Shown here: in pieces, positions 12,517-22,470 of the stretch | Numbering within the stretch: the stretch's first letter is position 1 | How the letters are laid out: every line of letters begins with the position of its first letter | Origin: Nitrosococcus oceani ATCC 19707 | GTDB taxonomy: Bacteria > Pseudomonadota > Gammaproteobacteria > Nitrosococcales > Nitrosococcaceae | Length of the DNA: 32,000 bases | Reading direction: 5' to 3' | Assembly (NCBI RefSeq): GCF_000012805.1 | Contig: NC_007484.1 | Location: 930,001-962,000, forward strand | The notes under the pieces: generated by a model | What the model saw: the letters and a program-made list of their open reading frames with translations, nothing else | The model's database searches: none | Told to the model about the DNA's origin: nothing | Program-made: the position numbers and the translations under genes

Positions 12517-12553
12517 AAACCCCAAGACCAAGGTCATATAGCTAAATCTATAA

Positions 12554-13078
12554 TTACTGATACGCTGCAACGATATTCTCAAGGGTTTCATGTTCGTTGT
12601 ATTCTCTGATTTTTTTGATATTTCCGAAGTCTTTTTCTATGGGGTTAAAGTCAGGGGAATAAGGGGGGAGGAATAAAATTCCCGCCCCTGTTTTTTTGAT
12701 GATTTCACGTGAAGAAACGGCTTTGTGGAACGGAGCATTATCCATGATGACAATGTGGTTGCTGTTGAGCAAGGGGCAAAGCTCTTTTTCCAGCCATGCA
12801 TTGAACACAGCCGTGTTACAGGTTCCCTCAAATAGAAACGGCGCTTCAAAGCCTTCATCCATACGGGCGGCCAATAAAGAGGTTCGCGGTCTGCGATGAC
12901 CGGAGATCAGACCATAAACACGCCGCCCCTTTGGAGCGTAAGCGTAACGACGGGAAACCTCCGGCTCAAAACCGCTTTCATCAAGATAGACAAATCTTTT
13001 GCCGCGGCGGCGATAGCGTTCACGAAGGCGAAGAAAGCTCTTTCTTTTCATATTACAGCGCTGCGTGTACCCCGTCAT
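12554..13078 (-). CDS. IS630-family transposase, catalytic DDE part, orfB
   Basis: Catalytic residues in VYLDESG (D), IVIMDNAPFH (D) and NPIEKDF (E). There are 34 residues between the second D and the E, the DD34E spacing of the Tc1/mariner/IS630 superfamily. Confidence 0.85.
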   Translation of the reverse strand: MTGYTQRCNMKRKSFLRLRERYRRRGKRFVYLDESGFEPEVSRRYAYAPKGRRVYGLISGHRRPRTSLLAARMDEGFEAPFLFEGTCNTAVFNAWLEKELCPLLNSNHIVIMDNAPFHKAVSSREIIKKTGAGILFLPPYSPDFNPIEKDFGNIKKIREYNEHETLENIVAAYQ

Positions 13079-13388
13079 TTTTTTTACGGGTTAACCCCAT
13101 TTTGTGCATCGCATGCCAAATACAGTAATACGAAACGCCAAAATGCCGGGCGCGTTCTTTATAGGTGAGAGCAGCCTTGTCTTCCACATGGACCCGTAAA
13201 GCCTCCCAGTCCAGCTTGTGTGAACGGCGAGGGCCGGGACGCTCGTAACACAGCGCATCATCCTGCGACAACCAGCGATAAATGCTCGCGCGGCCTACCT
13301 GAAATCTCCGGGCCGCTTCCGCCTTGCTTCCACCGCCCCTTACAAAATCGATTACTCGTTTGCGCAAATCAATTGAACATCTCATCAC
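13053..13388 (-). CDS. IS630-family transposase, N-terminal (HTH DNA-binding) part, orfA
   Basis: Two helix-turn-helix segments: KAEAARRFQVGRASIYRWL and YKERARHFGVSYYCIWHAM. The ORF ends just after the A8 run. Confidence 0.85.
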   Translation of the reverse strand: MMRCSIDLRKRVIDFVRGGGSKAEAARRFQVGRASIYRWLSQDDALCYERPGPRRSHKLDWEALRVHVEDKAALTYKERARHFGVSYYCIWHAMHKMGLTRKKNDGVHAAL

Positions 13389-13646
13389 AACAGTATGAAT
13401 GAATATAACACAAATGTCTCAATATTTATAAATTTAGATATACTTCGGCGAGGACTGCTGAGAAACGCGAATTCTCCAGGCCGATGAAGTTTTGTAGGAA
13501 CAAAACTGCTATCCGTCATGGCGAAACTCCAAGCAACTACGGTGTCAGAACAGGATCAGTATTGGGCCTATAACCAGCAGGATTTTACAATAGATGGGGG
13601 CTTGCTCATCCGTTTATCCAGAGCGAGGGGAGAGGGAAAGTCCTTC

Positions 13647-15362
13647 TTAAGAGGAAGCTTTTTCCCCTTTCTCTTCCCACCACCGCTGCGCTTCAGGCAC
13701 ATCCAATGGCTTGCTGATGAAGTAACCTTGGACTAAATCGCAGCCTTGTTTCTGGAGATAAAGTAACTGCTCCGGCGTTTCCACGCCTTCCGCCACTACC
13801 TTAAGATTGAGGCTATGTCCCAGGGCGATAACAGCTTTAGTAATGGTCCGGCTTTCAGAGTCCGCGGGAATGCCATGGATGAAAGAACGATCAATTTTGA
13901 TACTATCAAAGGGGAGATTTTTTAAGTAGCTTAGAGAAGCATGGCCGGTACCAAAATCATCCACGGAAACATGGACCCCCAAGATGCTTAGGGACTGAAG
14001 TGTATTGAAGGCGGAGTCCATATCTTCGAGCAGGAGCCCCTCTGTAACTTCTATTTCTAGCGCGGATGGTGCCAGTCCCGTCTTCTCTAGTATGGTAGCA
14101 ATACTCCCCGCTAAATCCGGTTGGCGAAATTGGCGGGGAGAAAGGTTGACCGCCACTCGTAACGGCCCCGCTCGAAGTTGCCGCCAGCCCATACAAGTTT
14201 GGCAGGCGGTTTCTAACGCCCAAGCGCCAATGGGGACGATAAGTCCCGTTTCCTCCGCTAGACGAATAAAGGTTTGGCGGGCGAGCATGCCATGTTGGGG
14301 ATGGCGCCAGCGGAGCAGCGCCTCAAAACCCGAGGTTCTATGAGTTGCTAGGTTCAGTTGGGGTTGGAACTGCAAGTAGAGATTATCGGTCTCAAATGCT
14401 CTTTGCAGCTCTTTGGCTAGCGCCATCCGGGGATGGGCCCGGGCGTTGATGGCGGGGGTATATAATTGGTAGTTGTTCTGGCCTTCATGTTTTGCGTGGT
14501 ACATGGCGATATCAGCATTTTTGAGCAGTTGCTCCGCTTTATCTCCATCATTGGGAAAGAGGGTAATCCCAATACTGGCACTGTTATGTATTTCATGTCC
14601 TAGAATTTTATGGGGCCTAGCTATGGCGTCAAGAAGCCGTTGGGCAAGGAGGGTCGCTTTATCAACCCCTAGAGCGGGAGTTTGAATAATAGCGAACTCA
14701 TCGCCGCCGATTCGTAGAGCGGTATCCGTGGGTTCTAAACAGTCCTGGAGAACCTTGGCGACTCGGGCTAATTCTCTATCGCCAGCCTCATGGCCAAAGC
14801 TATCATTGATTTCCTTAAGCCGGTCAAGATCTAAGCACAAAAGAGCCAGTTGTCGAGCTGGTCCCATGGCCTGTTCTAACCGATTTCGAAGCACGGTATG
14901 ATTGGGAAGTCCAGTGAGGGTATCATACTGGACAGGGTGGTGGTCCGGGTTCTCCGTGGCTTGGTTTTTCTGTAGCTGGGCACGGGATAATTGCTGAGAA
15001 CGATAAAAACTAAGGGCGATCAATGTAAGCCCCAAAATCCTTAGTGCACCCTCTATAATAGTATCCCAGAGTCGGGGTTCCTGGGTGAATTCTTCTAATA
15101 GGCCCAGCAAAAGACTGCATAGGAGTAGTTCCCAGCCTCTAATCAAGATATTGCGATCCAAGCGTACAATAAAAGGATAGGTTATGGAGGCCGCCGCTAA
15201 AATTACCGCCTCAAGAATGATTTTGCTAATATCAAAGCTAGATTTGAGAGGAAAGGCGAAGAACCAACCTAAAGCGATGCCCAATGCGAGCAGCACCAAT
15301 CCTCCGCCCCTGTGCCATAGAGACAGGGGCCTTGAGCAGGCATACTGCAATTTATTGGGCAT
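13647..15362 (-). CDS. Membrane-anchored GGDEF-EAL protein (diguanylate cyclase/phosphodiesterase)
   Basis: N-terminal multi-TM region. Motifs present: RIGGDEFAI (GGDEF), FEALLRW (EAL), DDFGTG, KIDRSF, EGVE. Confidence 0.92.
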   Translation of the reverse strand: MPNKLQYACSRPLSLWHRGGGLVLLALGIALGWFFAFPLKSSFDISKIILEAVILAAASITYPFIVRLDRNILIRGWELLLCSLLLGLLEEFTQEPRLWDTIIEGALRILGLTLIALSFYRSQQLSRAQLQKNQATENPDHHPVQYDTLTGLPNHTVLRNRLEQAMGPARQLALLCLDLDRLKEINDSFGHEAGDRELARVAKVLQDCLEPTDTALRIGGDEFAIIQTPALGVDKATLLAQRLLDAIARPHKILGHEIHNSASIGITLFPNDGDKAEQLLKNADIAMYHAKHEGQNNYQLYTPAINARAHPRMALAKELQRAFETDNLYLQFQPQLNLATHRTSGFEALLRWRHPQHGMLARQTFIRLAEETGLIVPIGAWALETACQTCMGWRQLRAGPLRVAVNLSPRQFRQPDLAGSIATILEKTGLAPSALEIEVTEGLLLEDMDSAFNTLQSLSILGVHVSVDDFGTGHASLSYLKNLPFDSIKIDRSFIHGIPADSESRTITKAVIALGHSLNLKVVAEGVETPEQLLYLQKQGCDLVQGYFISKPLDVPEAQRWWEEKGEKASS

Positions 15363-15472
15363 GAGTAACCTTTTTAATAAAGGATGGATACCATCTGCTG
15401 GCTATGAAAACTATCTCAAATACTTAATTGATAATTATACCGGCATAGCTGGTAACCTAATATTATAAAAAG

Positions 15473-16879
15473 ATGCAATATCTCCCCATATTCCTAAATA
15501 TACGCGGGCAGCAGTGCCTGGTCGTCGGTGGAGGCACCGTAGCCGTCCGAAAAGTTGCGCTGCTTCGCCAGGCAGGCGCTGAGGTTAAAGTGATCGCCCC
15601 GAAACTGCATGAACAGTTGCAAGAATGGGCTGATAAGGGAAAAATTACCGCCCAGCAAGCTTCTTTTAGTGAAACTGAAATAAAAAGCTGTTATTTAGTG
15701 ATTGCGGCAACAGATGATTCTTCTCTCAACGAGCAGGTTTATCATTTGGCCACGGCTCAGGGAGTACTGGTTAATGTGGCGGATTGCCCCCGTTTCTGCG
15801 ATTTTATTTTACCCTCTATCGTGGATAGATCGCCGGTAATAGTGGCAGTTTCTAGTGGAGGAGCTTCCCCGGTATTGGCCCGTTTGCTCCGCGCCCGTTT
15901 AGAGACCCTTATTCCCCAGGCTTATGGCCGCCTAGGCCAATTTGCGGCGCGTTATCGCAGCCGGATTAAGCAACGGATTACAGGCATAAGAGCACGGCGT
16001 ATTTTTTGGGAAAAGGTACTGCAAGGTAGCATTGCCGAAAGGATTTTCGCAGGCCAGGAGGAGGAGGCCGAGGGCGCCCTAGAAGCAGCTTTGGAAGGCG
16101 GATTTGTGCCAGAGCAGGGGGAAGTTTATTTAGTTGGCGCCGGACCAGGGGACCCGGATCTTTTAACTTTTCGCGCCTTGCGTCTTATGCAGCAAGCTGA
16201 TGTGGTTTTTCATGATCGTTTGGTCAGCCCGGAAGTGCTTGCTTTAGTACGGCGTGAGGCGGAACGCATTTATGTAGGCAAAAAGCGCTCTTGGCACGCG
16301 GTGCGACAGGAGGAAATTAATATGATGCTGGTACGCTCTGCTCGGGAAGGGAAGCGAGTGTTGCGCCTTAAAGGAGGCGATCCGTTTATTTTTGGCCGGG
16401 GCGGGGAAGAAATTGCTACTTTGGCGGCAGAAAACATTCCTTTTCAAGTGGTACCTGGAATTACCGCCGCTTCAGGCTGCGCGAGCTATGCAGGAATTCC
16501 CCTCACCCACCGTGACCATGCCCATGCCTGTATCTTTGTTACTGGACAGCTCAAAGAGGGGCGTTTGAGTTTGAATTGGCAGGCTTTGGTTCAGCCTCAA
16601 CAAACTATTGTGGTTTATATGGGCTTATCAGGACTTGAGATCCTATGCCAGGAATTGATAGCCCATGGAATGCCTGCCGTCACGCCGGCCGCTTTAGTAC
16701 AGCAGGGCACGACTTCCCGGCAGCGGGTCTTGACGGGGACGCTGGCAACACTGCCTGATATTGTCCAGGGGGAAGACATTCATGCCCCCACCTTAGTTAT
16801 TATCGGTGGAGTTGTTGCGCTTTATCCCCAGCTTGCTTGGTTCAAAGTTCCCGATAGAGAGCCGCTCGATGCACGCTAG
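15473..16879 (+). CDS. cysG: Siroheme synthase (uroporphyrinogen-III C-methyltransferase / precorrin-2 dehydrogenase / sirohydrochlorin ferrochelatase)
   Basis: N-terminal Rossmann motif VVGGGTVA. C-terminal SAM methyltransferase motifs VGAGPGDPDLLT and LKGGDPFIFGRGGEE. 468 aa. Confidence 0.93.
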   Translation: MQYLPIFLNIRGQQCLVVGGGTVAVRKVALLRQAGAEVKVIAPKLHEQLQEWADKGKITAQQASFSETEIKSCYLVIAATDDSSLNEQVYHLATAQGVLVNVADCPRFCDFILPSIVDRSPVIVAVSSGGASPVLARLLRARLETLIPQAYGRLGQFAARYRSRIKQRITGIRARRIFWEKVLQGSIAERIFAGQEEEAEGALEAALEGGFVPEQGEVYLVGAGPGDPDLLTFRALRLMQQADVVFHDRLVSPEVLALVRREAERIYVGKKRSWHAVRQEEINMMLVRSAREGKRVLRLKGGDPFIFGRGGEEIATLAAENIPFQVVPGITAASGCASYAGIPLTHRDHAHACIFVTGQLKEGRLSLNWQALVQPQQTIVVYMGLSGLEILCQELIAHGMPAVTPAALVQQGTTSRQRVLTGTLATLPDIVQGEDIHAPTLVIIGGVVALYPQLAWFKVPDREPLDAR

Positions 16880-16896
16880 ACGCTTTTTGGCGCTAA

Positions 16897-18327
<1,431 letters not shown>

Positions 18328-18546
18328 TCAGGAAAATTTGTAAGTAGAACGCAACGCAGCGCCGTAACGGCTACAAGTAGGCCAAAAAAATGAGCTAATT
18401 AGGAGAAGAAGGTATTCTGTCCCCCGCCATTGTACCGATGTTAATATTAATTCTATATGATTTTCGTTTCATAGGTTTAGTATAAACAACCACTTATAGC
18501 CTTAGTAAATTACAACCTTTTGCTAAATCAATATAAAAACTTTCCT

Positions 18547-19383
18547 CTAAAAAGCTTCGGGAGTAAAGCGTATTGACAAATCTACGGCTCGGATATCCTT
18601 GGTCAAGGCGCCTACTGAAATATAATCGACTCCAGTTTCGGCAACCTGGCGAATGTTCTTGAGGGTAATGCCTCCAGAGGCTTCTAATTTGGCCCGTTGC
18701 TGGCTAATGCGGACGGCTTCACGGAGCGAGGGGGTATCGAAGTTATCAAGTAGTAGGATATCAGCACCAGCAGCAAGTGCCTGTTGCAACTCGTTCAGGT
18801 TTTCCACCTCTATTTCCACCGGGAGGTTGGAATTGGCGATACGGGCCCGCGCTATCGCTGCTGTAATGGAACCGGCGGCCAGGATGTGGTTTTCCTTAAT
18901 CAAGATTCCATCGTAGAGGCCGTGGCGATGATTGTGGCCGCCTCCGCATCGCACCGCATATTTCTGCGCCTGGCGCAGGCCAGGCAAGGTTTTACGGGTG
19001 TCTAGTATTCTAACGGGCAAGCCCTTTACGGCGGAGGCGTAGCGGTGGGCTATGGTTGCAGTCCCGGAAAGAGTCTGAAGGAAATTTAGAGCAGTGCGCT
19101 CGCCGCTTAAAAGGGGGCGTGCAAGGCCGTACAGAGTACATATTATTTGATTAGCAGGAACGAGATCTCCATCTGCCTTTGCCCAATCAATGGCAATGTC
19201 AGCATCTAATTGGTGAAATACTTCATTAAACCATGAGGTTCCGCATAATATTGCCGTTTCACGGCAGATAATGGTGGCGGTGATTTTAGTAGTGGCTGGG
19301 ATTAACGTTGTGGTGACATCACCGGTACCGATATCTTCGGCAAGCGCGCGGCGAACTTCTTCTTTAATAGAGACAGGAGACAT
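18547..19383 (-). CDS. nadC: Nicotinate-nucleotide pyrophosphorylase (quinolinate phosphoribosyltransferase)
   Basis: Motifs LSGERTALNFLQ, ILDTRKT and ENH. 278 aa. Divergent from ampD, as in enterobacteria. Confidence 0.93.
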   Translation of the reverse strand: MSPVSIKEEVRRALAEDIGTGDVTTTLIPATTKITATIICRETAILCGTSWFNEVFHQLDADIAIDWAKADGDLVPANQIICTLYGLARPLLSGERTALNFLQTLSGTATIAHRYASAVKGLPVRILDTRKTLPGLRQAQKYAVRCGGGHNHRHGLYDGILIKENHILAAGSITAAIARARIANSNLPVEIEVENLNELQQALAAGADILLLDNFDTPSLREAVRISQQRAKLEASGGITLKNIRQVAETGVDYISVGALTKDIRAVDLSIRFTPEAF

Positions 19384-19571
19384 GAAGTTATTTATAGCGA
19401 GTGGCTGAAATCAATTTTAAATTCTCAATTATAGCAATGATTATTAGACTGTTTTGCAATTTCCCCTATTTCACGGTACGAAAACTTGTTATTCCTCTCA
19501 TTGCTAAGCTTGGGGAGAGTGAAGTCTAGGGTAGAATTTCTCATCCAAATTTGGTGGAGCAGGCATAGGTA

Positions 19572-20144
19572 ATGGGCAAAGTCATTTCTGGGAAGTGGTG
19601 GATAGACGCGGATAGCGGCTGGCTTGCCAATGCCCGTCGTGTGGTCTCGCCTAACCAGGATGAGCGGCCACCAGGCATGGCTGCGGAATGGGTAGTGATC
19701 CATGGTATTAGCTTACCTCCTGGAGAGTTCGGAGGACCATGGATTGATGCCCTCTTTACCAACCGTCTTGAAGTGGCTGCTCATCCCTACTTTGATGGGA
19801 TTCGCGGGCTGCGGGTCTCCGCTCATATTCTCATTGCACGGGATGGCACTTTAACCCAATATGTGCCCTTTCATAAACGAGCTTGGCATGCGGGTGAGTC
19901 TATGCTTAAGGGGCGCTGCCGATGTAATGATTTTACTATTGGGGTAGAATTGGAGGGTGCCGATACCGTACCCTATGAAAAGATGCAATATCAGGTGTTG
20001 GCGAATCTGATAAATGTTTTGGCCGGAGCTTATCCGGCCTTTTCCAAGGAACGGATCGTGGGGCATAGTGATATCGCGCCCGGCCGTAAAACCGATCCGG
20101 GTCCTGCTTTTGAGTGGATGCGGCTCAAATCTTTACTTGCTTAG
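19572..20144 (+). CDS. ampD: 1,6-anhydro-N-acetylmuramyl-L-alanine amidase AmpD
   Basis: Motifs SPNQDERP, HGISLPPGEFGG, AWHAG and GHSDIAPGRKTDPGP. Confidence 0.9.
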   Translation: MGKVISGKWWIDADSGWLANARRVVSPNQDERPPGMAAEWVVIHGISLPPGEFGGPWIDALFTNRLEVAAHPYFDGIRGLRVSAHILIARDGTLTQYVPFHKRAWHAGESMLKGRCRCNDFTIGVELEGADTVPYEKMQYQVLANLINVLAGAYPAFSKERIVGHSDIAPGRKTDPGPAFEWMRLKSLLA

Positions 20145-20686
20145 CGGTGTTTCTCCCAAAGAATTTCTTTTGCTCCCGCTGTTCGGGTAAGTTCCCTGGC
20201 CATGACGAACAAAAGGTCTGAGAGGCGGTTAAGATATTTCAGGCTTTCCGCATTGACGGATTCCTCCTTGGCAAGGCTCACGAGTCGCCGCTCTGCCCGC
20301 CGGCAGGTCGTGCGAGCAAGGTGGCAAATACCCGCAGGAATGGTGCCTCCAGGCAAGATAAATTCCTTAAGCGGCGGTAATTCCTCATTTAGGTTGTCTA
20401 GCAGCCGCTCTAGAGCTTGAACCTGACTAGCTTGGATGATGAGAGTAGGAGGAATACTCAACTCCCCGCCCAAGTCAAAGAGCTCATGCTGGATAGGGGT
20501 TAAGCTCTGATGGAGAGAATGGGGTATGGAATGAGCAAGCAGCAAGCCGAGTAGGGCGTTTAGCTCATCAATGGTGCCAATAGCCTCGATGCGGGGATGG
20601 TCTTTAGGTACCCGCTGCTTGGGACCTAGGCCAGTAGTTCCCTGATCGCCCGTACGGGTATAGATCTTGGATAAACGGTATCCCAT
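20141..20686 (-). CDS. ATP:cob(I)alamin adenosyltransferase, PduO/MMAB type
   Basis: N-terminus KIYTRTGDQGTTGL. Also ELFDLGGEL and ARTTCRRAERR. 181 aa. Confidence 0.88.
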   Translation of the reverse strand: MGYRLSKIYTRTGDQGTTGLGPKQRVPKDHPRIEAIGTIDELNALLGLLLAHSIPHSLHQSLTPIQHELFDLGGELSIPPTLIIQASQVQALERLLDNLNEELPPLKEFILPGGTIPAGICHLARTTCRRAERRLVSLAKEESVNAESLKYLNRLSDLLFVMARELTRTAGAKEILWEKHR

Positions 20687-20745
20687 GATAGTGTATTAAC
20701 CTGTTATACATTCATGGGTAAGTATAAACTAAGTGGAGAAAATCT

Positions 20746-21063
20746 ATGGAGCAAGCAAAGGCCAAATTTACCATCGGCCAGATAGTGCGTCATAAATTAT
20801 TTCATTATCGAGGAGTAGTGGTTGACGCCGATCCCAGCTTCCAAGGCAGTCCGGAATGGTATGAGCATATGGCTTGCTCCCAACCGCCAAAAGATCGGCC
20901 TTGGTACCATGTTTTGGTCAACGATGCGGATTATGAAACCTATGTGGCTGAGCGAAACCTTGATCTTGATGGTTCGGGGCAGCCTATTAATCATCCCGCG
21001 GTGGAGATGTTTTTCGATGAGCTGCATGAGGGAGTCTACCGCTGCCAGCGTCATATCAATTAA
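20746..21063 (+). CDS. hspQ: Heat shock protein HspQ (YccV-like hemimethylated-DNA-binding domain)
   Basis: 105 aa. KFTIGQIVRHKLFHYRGVVVDADP and PWYHVLV are typical of HspQ. Confidence 0.85.
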   Translation: MEQAKAKFTIGQIVRHKLFHYRGVVVDADPSFQGSPEWYEHMACSQPPKDRPWYHVLVNDADYETYVAERNLDLDGSGQPINHPAVEMFFDELHEGVYRCQRHIN

Positions 21064-21598
21064 ATTCCCCTTCTTTTGCTTTAGCCTCCTCCCAAAGTGT
21101 ATCCATTTCCGCCAGGCTTGCCTCTGCTGGAGAAGAGGCACGCTTGGTGAGCATGTATTCGATATAGCGAAAGCGCCGTTCAAACTTATCGCTACAACTG
21201 TCCAGCGCTGCCTCCGGCATGATGCCGGTATGACGAGCCAAGTTGATGCAGGCAAATAATAAATCGCCAATTTCTTCTTGCAGCCTAGAGGAGTTTTCAT
21301 TGCTGGTAAGCGCTGCCCGGACTTCTTGTAGTTCCTCTTCTATCTTCTCTAGGATGGGGGCAGCGCTTGCCCAATCAAAGCCCACCTGGGCGGCGCGTTT
21401 TTGTAGCTCCAGGGCGCGGGCTAAAGCGGGCAACTCCTGGGGGAGGCTAGCAAAAGTCTTTGCCTTCCCTCCGGTATGGGATTGGCGGCGTTGTTCCTCG
21501 GCCACAGACGTTTTCCCGTCTAGCGTTGTATCGGCTCCAGAGGGCTGTTTTCCAAAGCCATGAGGTGAGCGCTGAGTTGTGTTTTTGGCGGTGGTCAT
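21056..21598 (-). CDS. mazG: MazG-family nucleoside triphosphate pyrophosphohydrolase with a single MazG domain and a low-complexity N-terminal extension
   Basis: Motifs EEELQEV and EEIGDLLFACINLARHTGI. DKFERRFRYIE also fits MazG. 4-nt ATGA overlap with upstream hslR. Confidence 0.8.
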   Translation of the reverse strand: MTTAKNTTQRSPHGFGKQPSGADTTLDGKTSVAEEQRRQSHTGGKAKTFASLPQELPALARALELQKRAAQVGFDWASAAPILEKIEEELQEVRAALTSNENSSRLQEEIGDLLFACINLARHTGIMPEAALDSCSDKFERRFRYIEYMLTKRASSPAEASLAEMDTLWEEAKAKEGEFN

Positions 21599-21993
21599 TG
21601 GTTTTTCCGAGTAAAACGGATAATCTGGCGGCGCTCTCGTTTAGAGGGACGGCCTTGGACGGCGGGCCCCTGGTATTCCCGTGCCTCTCTTAATTGCATG
21701 GCCAGGGTTTCCCGCTTTGTCTTGCTGGCATCGCTTTCCTGGTAAAGCAGGGAGGCTTCGGTTGCGGGGCGGCGCTGCCTGGACAGTTTATCAACGGTGA
21801 TTTCATGTTCGAAGTGGCCGCGGCGAATGATTAAACTATCGCCCACGGCAACCCTTTGACTTGCTTTAACCCGGCGGCCATTAAGGTGAACCTTGCCGCC
21901 GTTGATTGCTTCCACCGCAAGGCTGCGGGTTTTGAAAAAGCGGGCGGCCCAGAGCCATTTATCGAGACGAATTTTTTCGGCTTCAGAGGTCAT
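21595..21993 (-). CDS. hslR: Ribosome-associated heat shock protein Hsp15 (S4 RNA-binding domain)
   Basis: IRLDKWLWAARFFKTRSLA S4 motif with a basic C-terminal tail. 132 aa. Confidence 0.88.
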   Translation of the reverse strand: MTSEAEKIRLDKWLWAARFFKTRSLAVEAINGGKVHLNGRRVKASQRVAVGDSLIIRRGHFEHEITVDKLSRQRRPATEASLLYQESDASKTKRETLAMQLREAREYQGPAVQGRPSKRERRQIIRFTRKNQ

Positions 21994-22388
21994 AATTGTC
22001 CATCGACTTGCTTTTGGGTTGCCGCCAGCATGGTATCGATTTGCGCCTCCGCCTGGCGCCAGTTTTCCTCCGGGCTGCTATTTTGAGGCCCCCGTTCTTC
22101 AGCAATATAATAAGCCGCTTCCGCGATCATCTTCCAGCGTTCTTCAGGGCTAACAGGACCTGGTCCAGGTTTCTCTAGGCTGGTTTTATCGGGATCGGCG
22201 GCGGCTTTTTGAGGCGCCTCCGGCGTGTTGGTCCCTCCCGTAGGCGCAGAAGATGGGTGTGTATCTGAAGCGGAGTTCTCTAAACCTATCTCTTCTACCT
22301 TAGCAAGAATCCGGTTTAGTTGCTTAGCAGCCGTTTTTGATAGTTTAGCGGCTACCGTTCCAATGATATCTTTAAATGTTTGACTCAT
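21990..22388 (-). CDS. DUF2934-domain protein
   Basis: C-terminal segment SPEERWKMIAEAAYYIAEERG...EENWRQAE is typical of DUF2934. ATG at 22388 has an AAGGA Shine-Dalgarno sequence 8 nt upstream, so it is preferred over the ORF-track start at 22409. 4-nt overlap with hslR. Confidence 0.65.
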   Translation of the reverse strand: MSQTFKDIIGTVAAKLSKTAAKQLNRILAKVEEIGLENSASDTHPSSAPTGGTNTPEAPQKAAADPDKTSLEKPGPGPVSPEERWKMIAEAAYYIAEERGPQNSSPEENWRQAEAQIDTMLAATQKQVDGQL

Positions 22389-22470
22389 AGCGATAATCCT
22401 TGTCGCCATTAGACGAAGTGAGTGGCTTATTGCTGGTTAAGAATGTAAAAACGGGGGAGCATCATAGTAT

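Larger units (their letters stand above)
12539..13440 (-). mobile_element. IS630-family insertion sequence, copy 1 (902 bp)
   Basis: Terminal inverted repeats TAGCTAAATCTATAA and TATCTAAATTTATAA, within a 15/17 match when the adjacent TA is included. Flanking TA duplications lie at 12537-12538 and 13441-13442. A two-ORF Tc1/mariner-type transposase is encoded. Copy 2 is identical in all ORF translations and in the stretches compared by eye. Confidence 0.92.

Noticed and set aside
13518-13736. 72-aa plus-strand ORF just right of IS copy 1.
   Set aside because: It has no Shine-Dalgarno sequence. It overlaps the 3' end of the GGDEF-EAL gene by 90 nt on the opposite strand, and its translation is low-complexity (FFPFLFPPPLRF).
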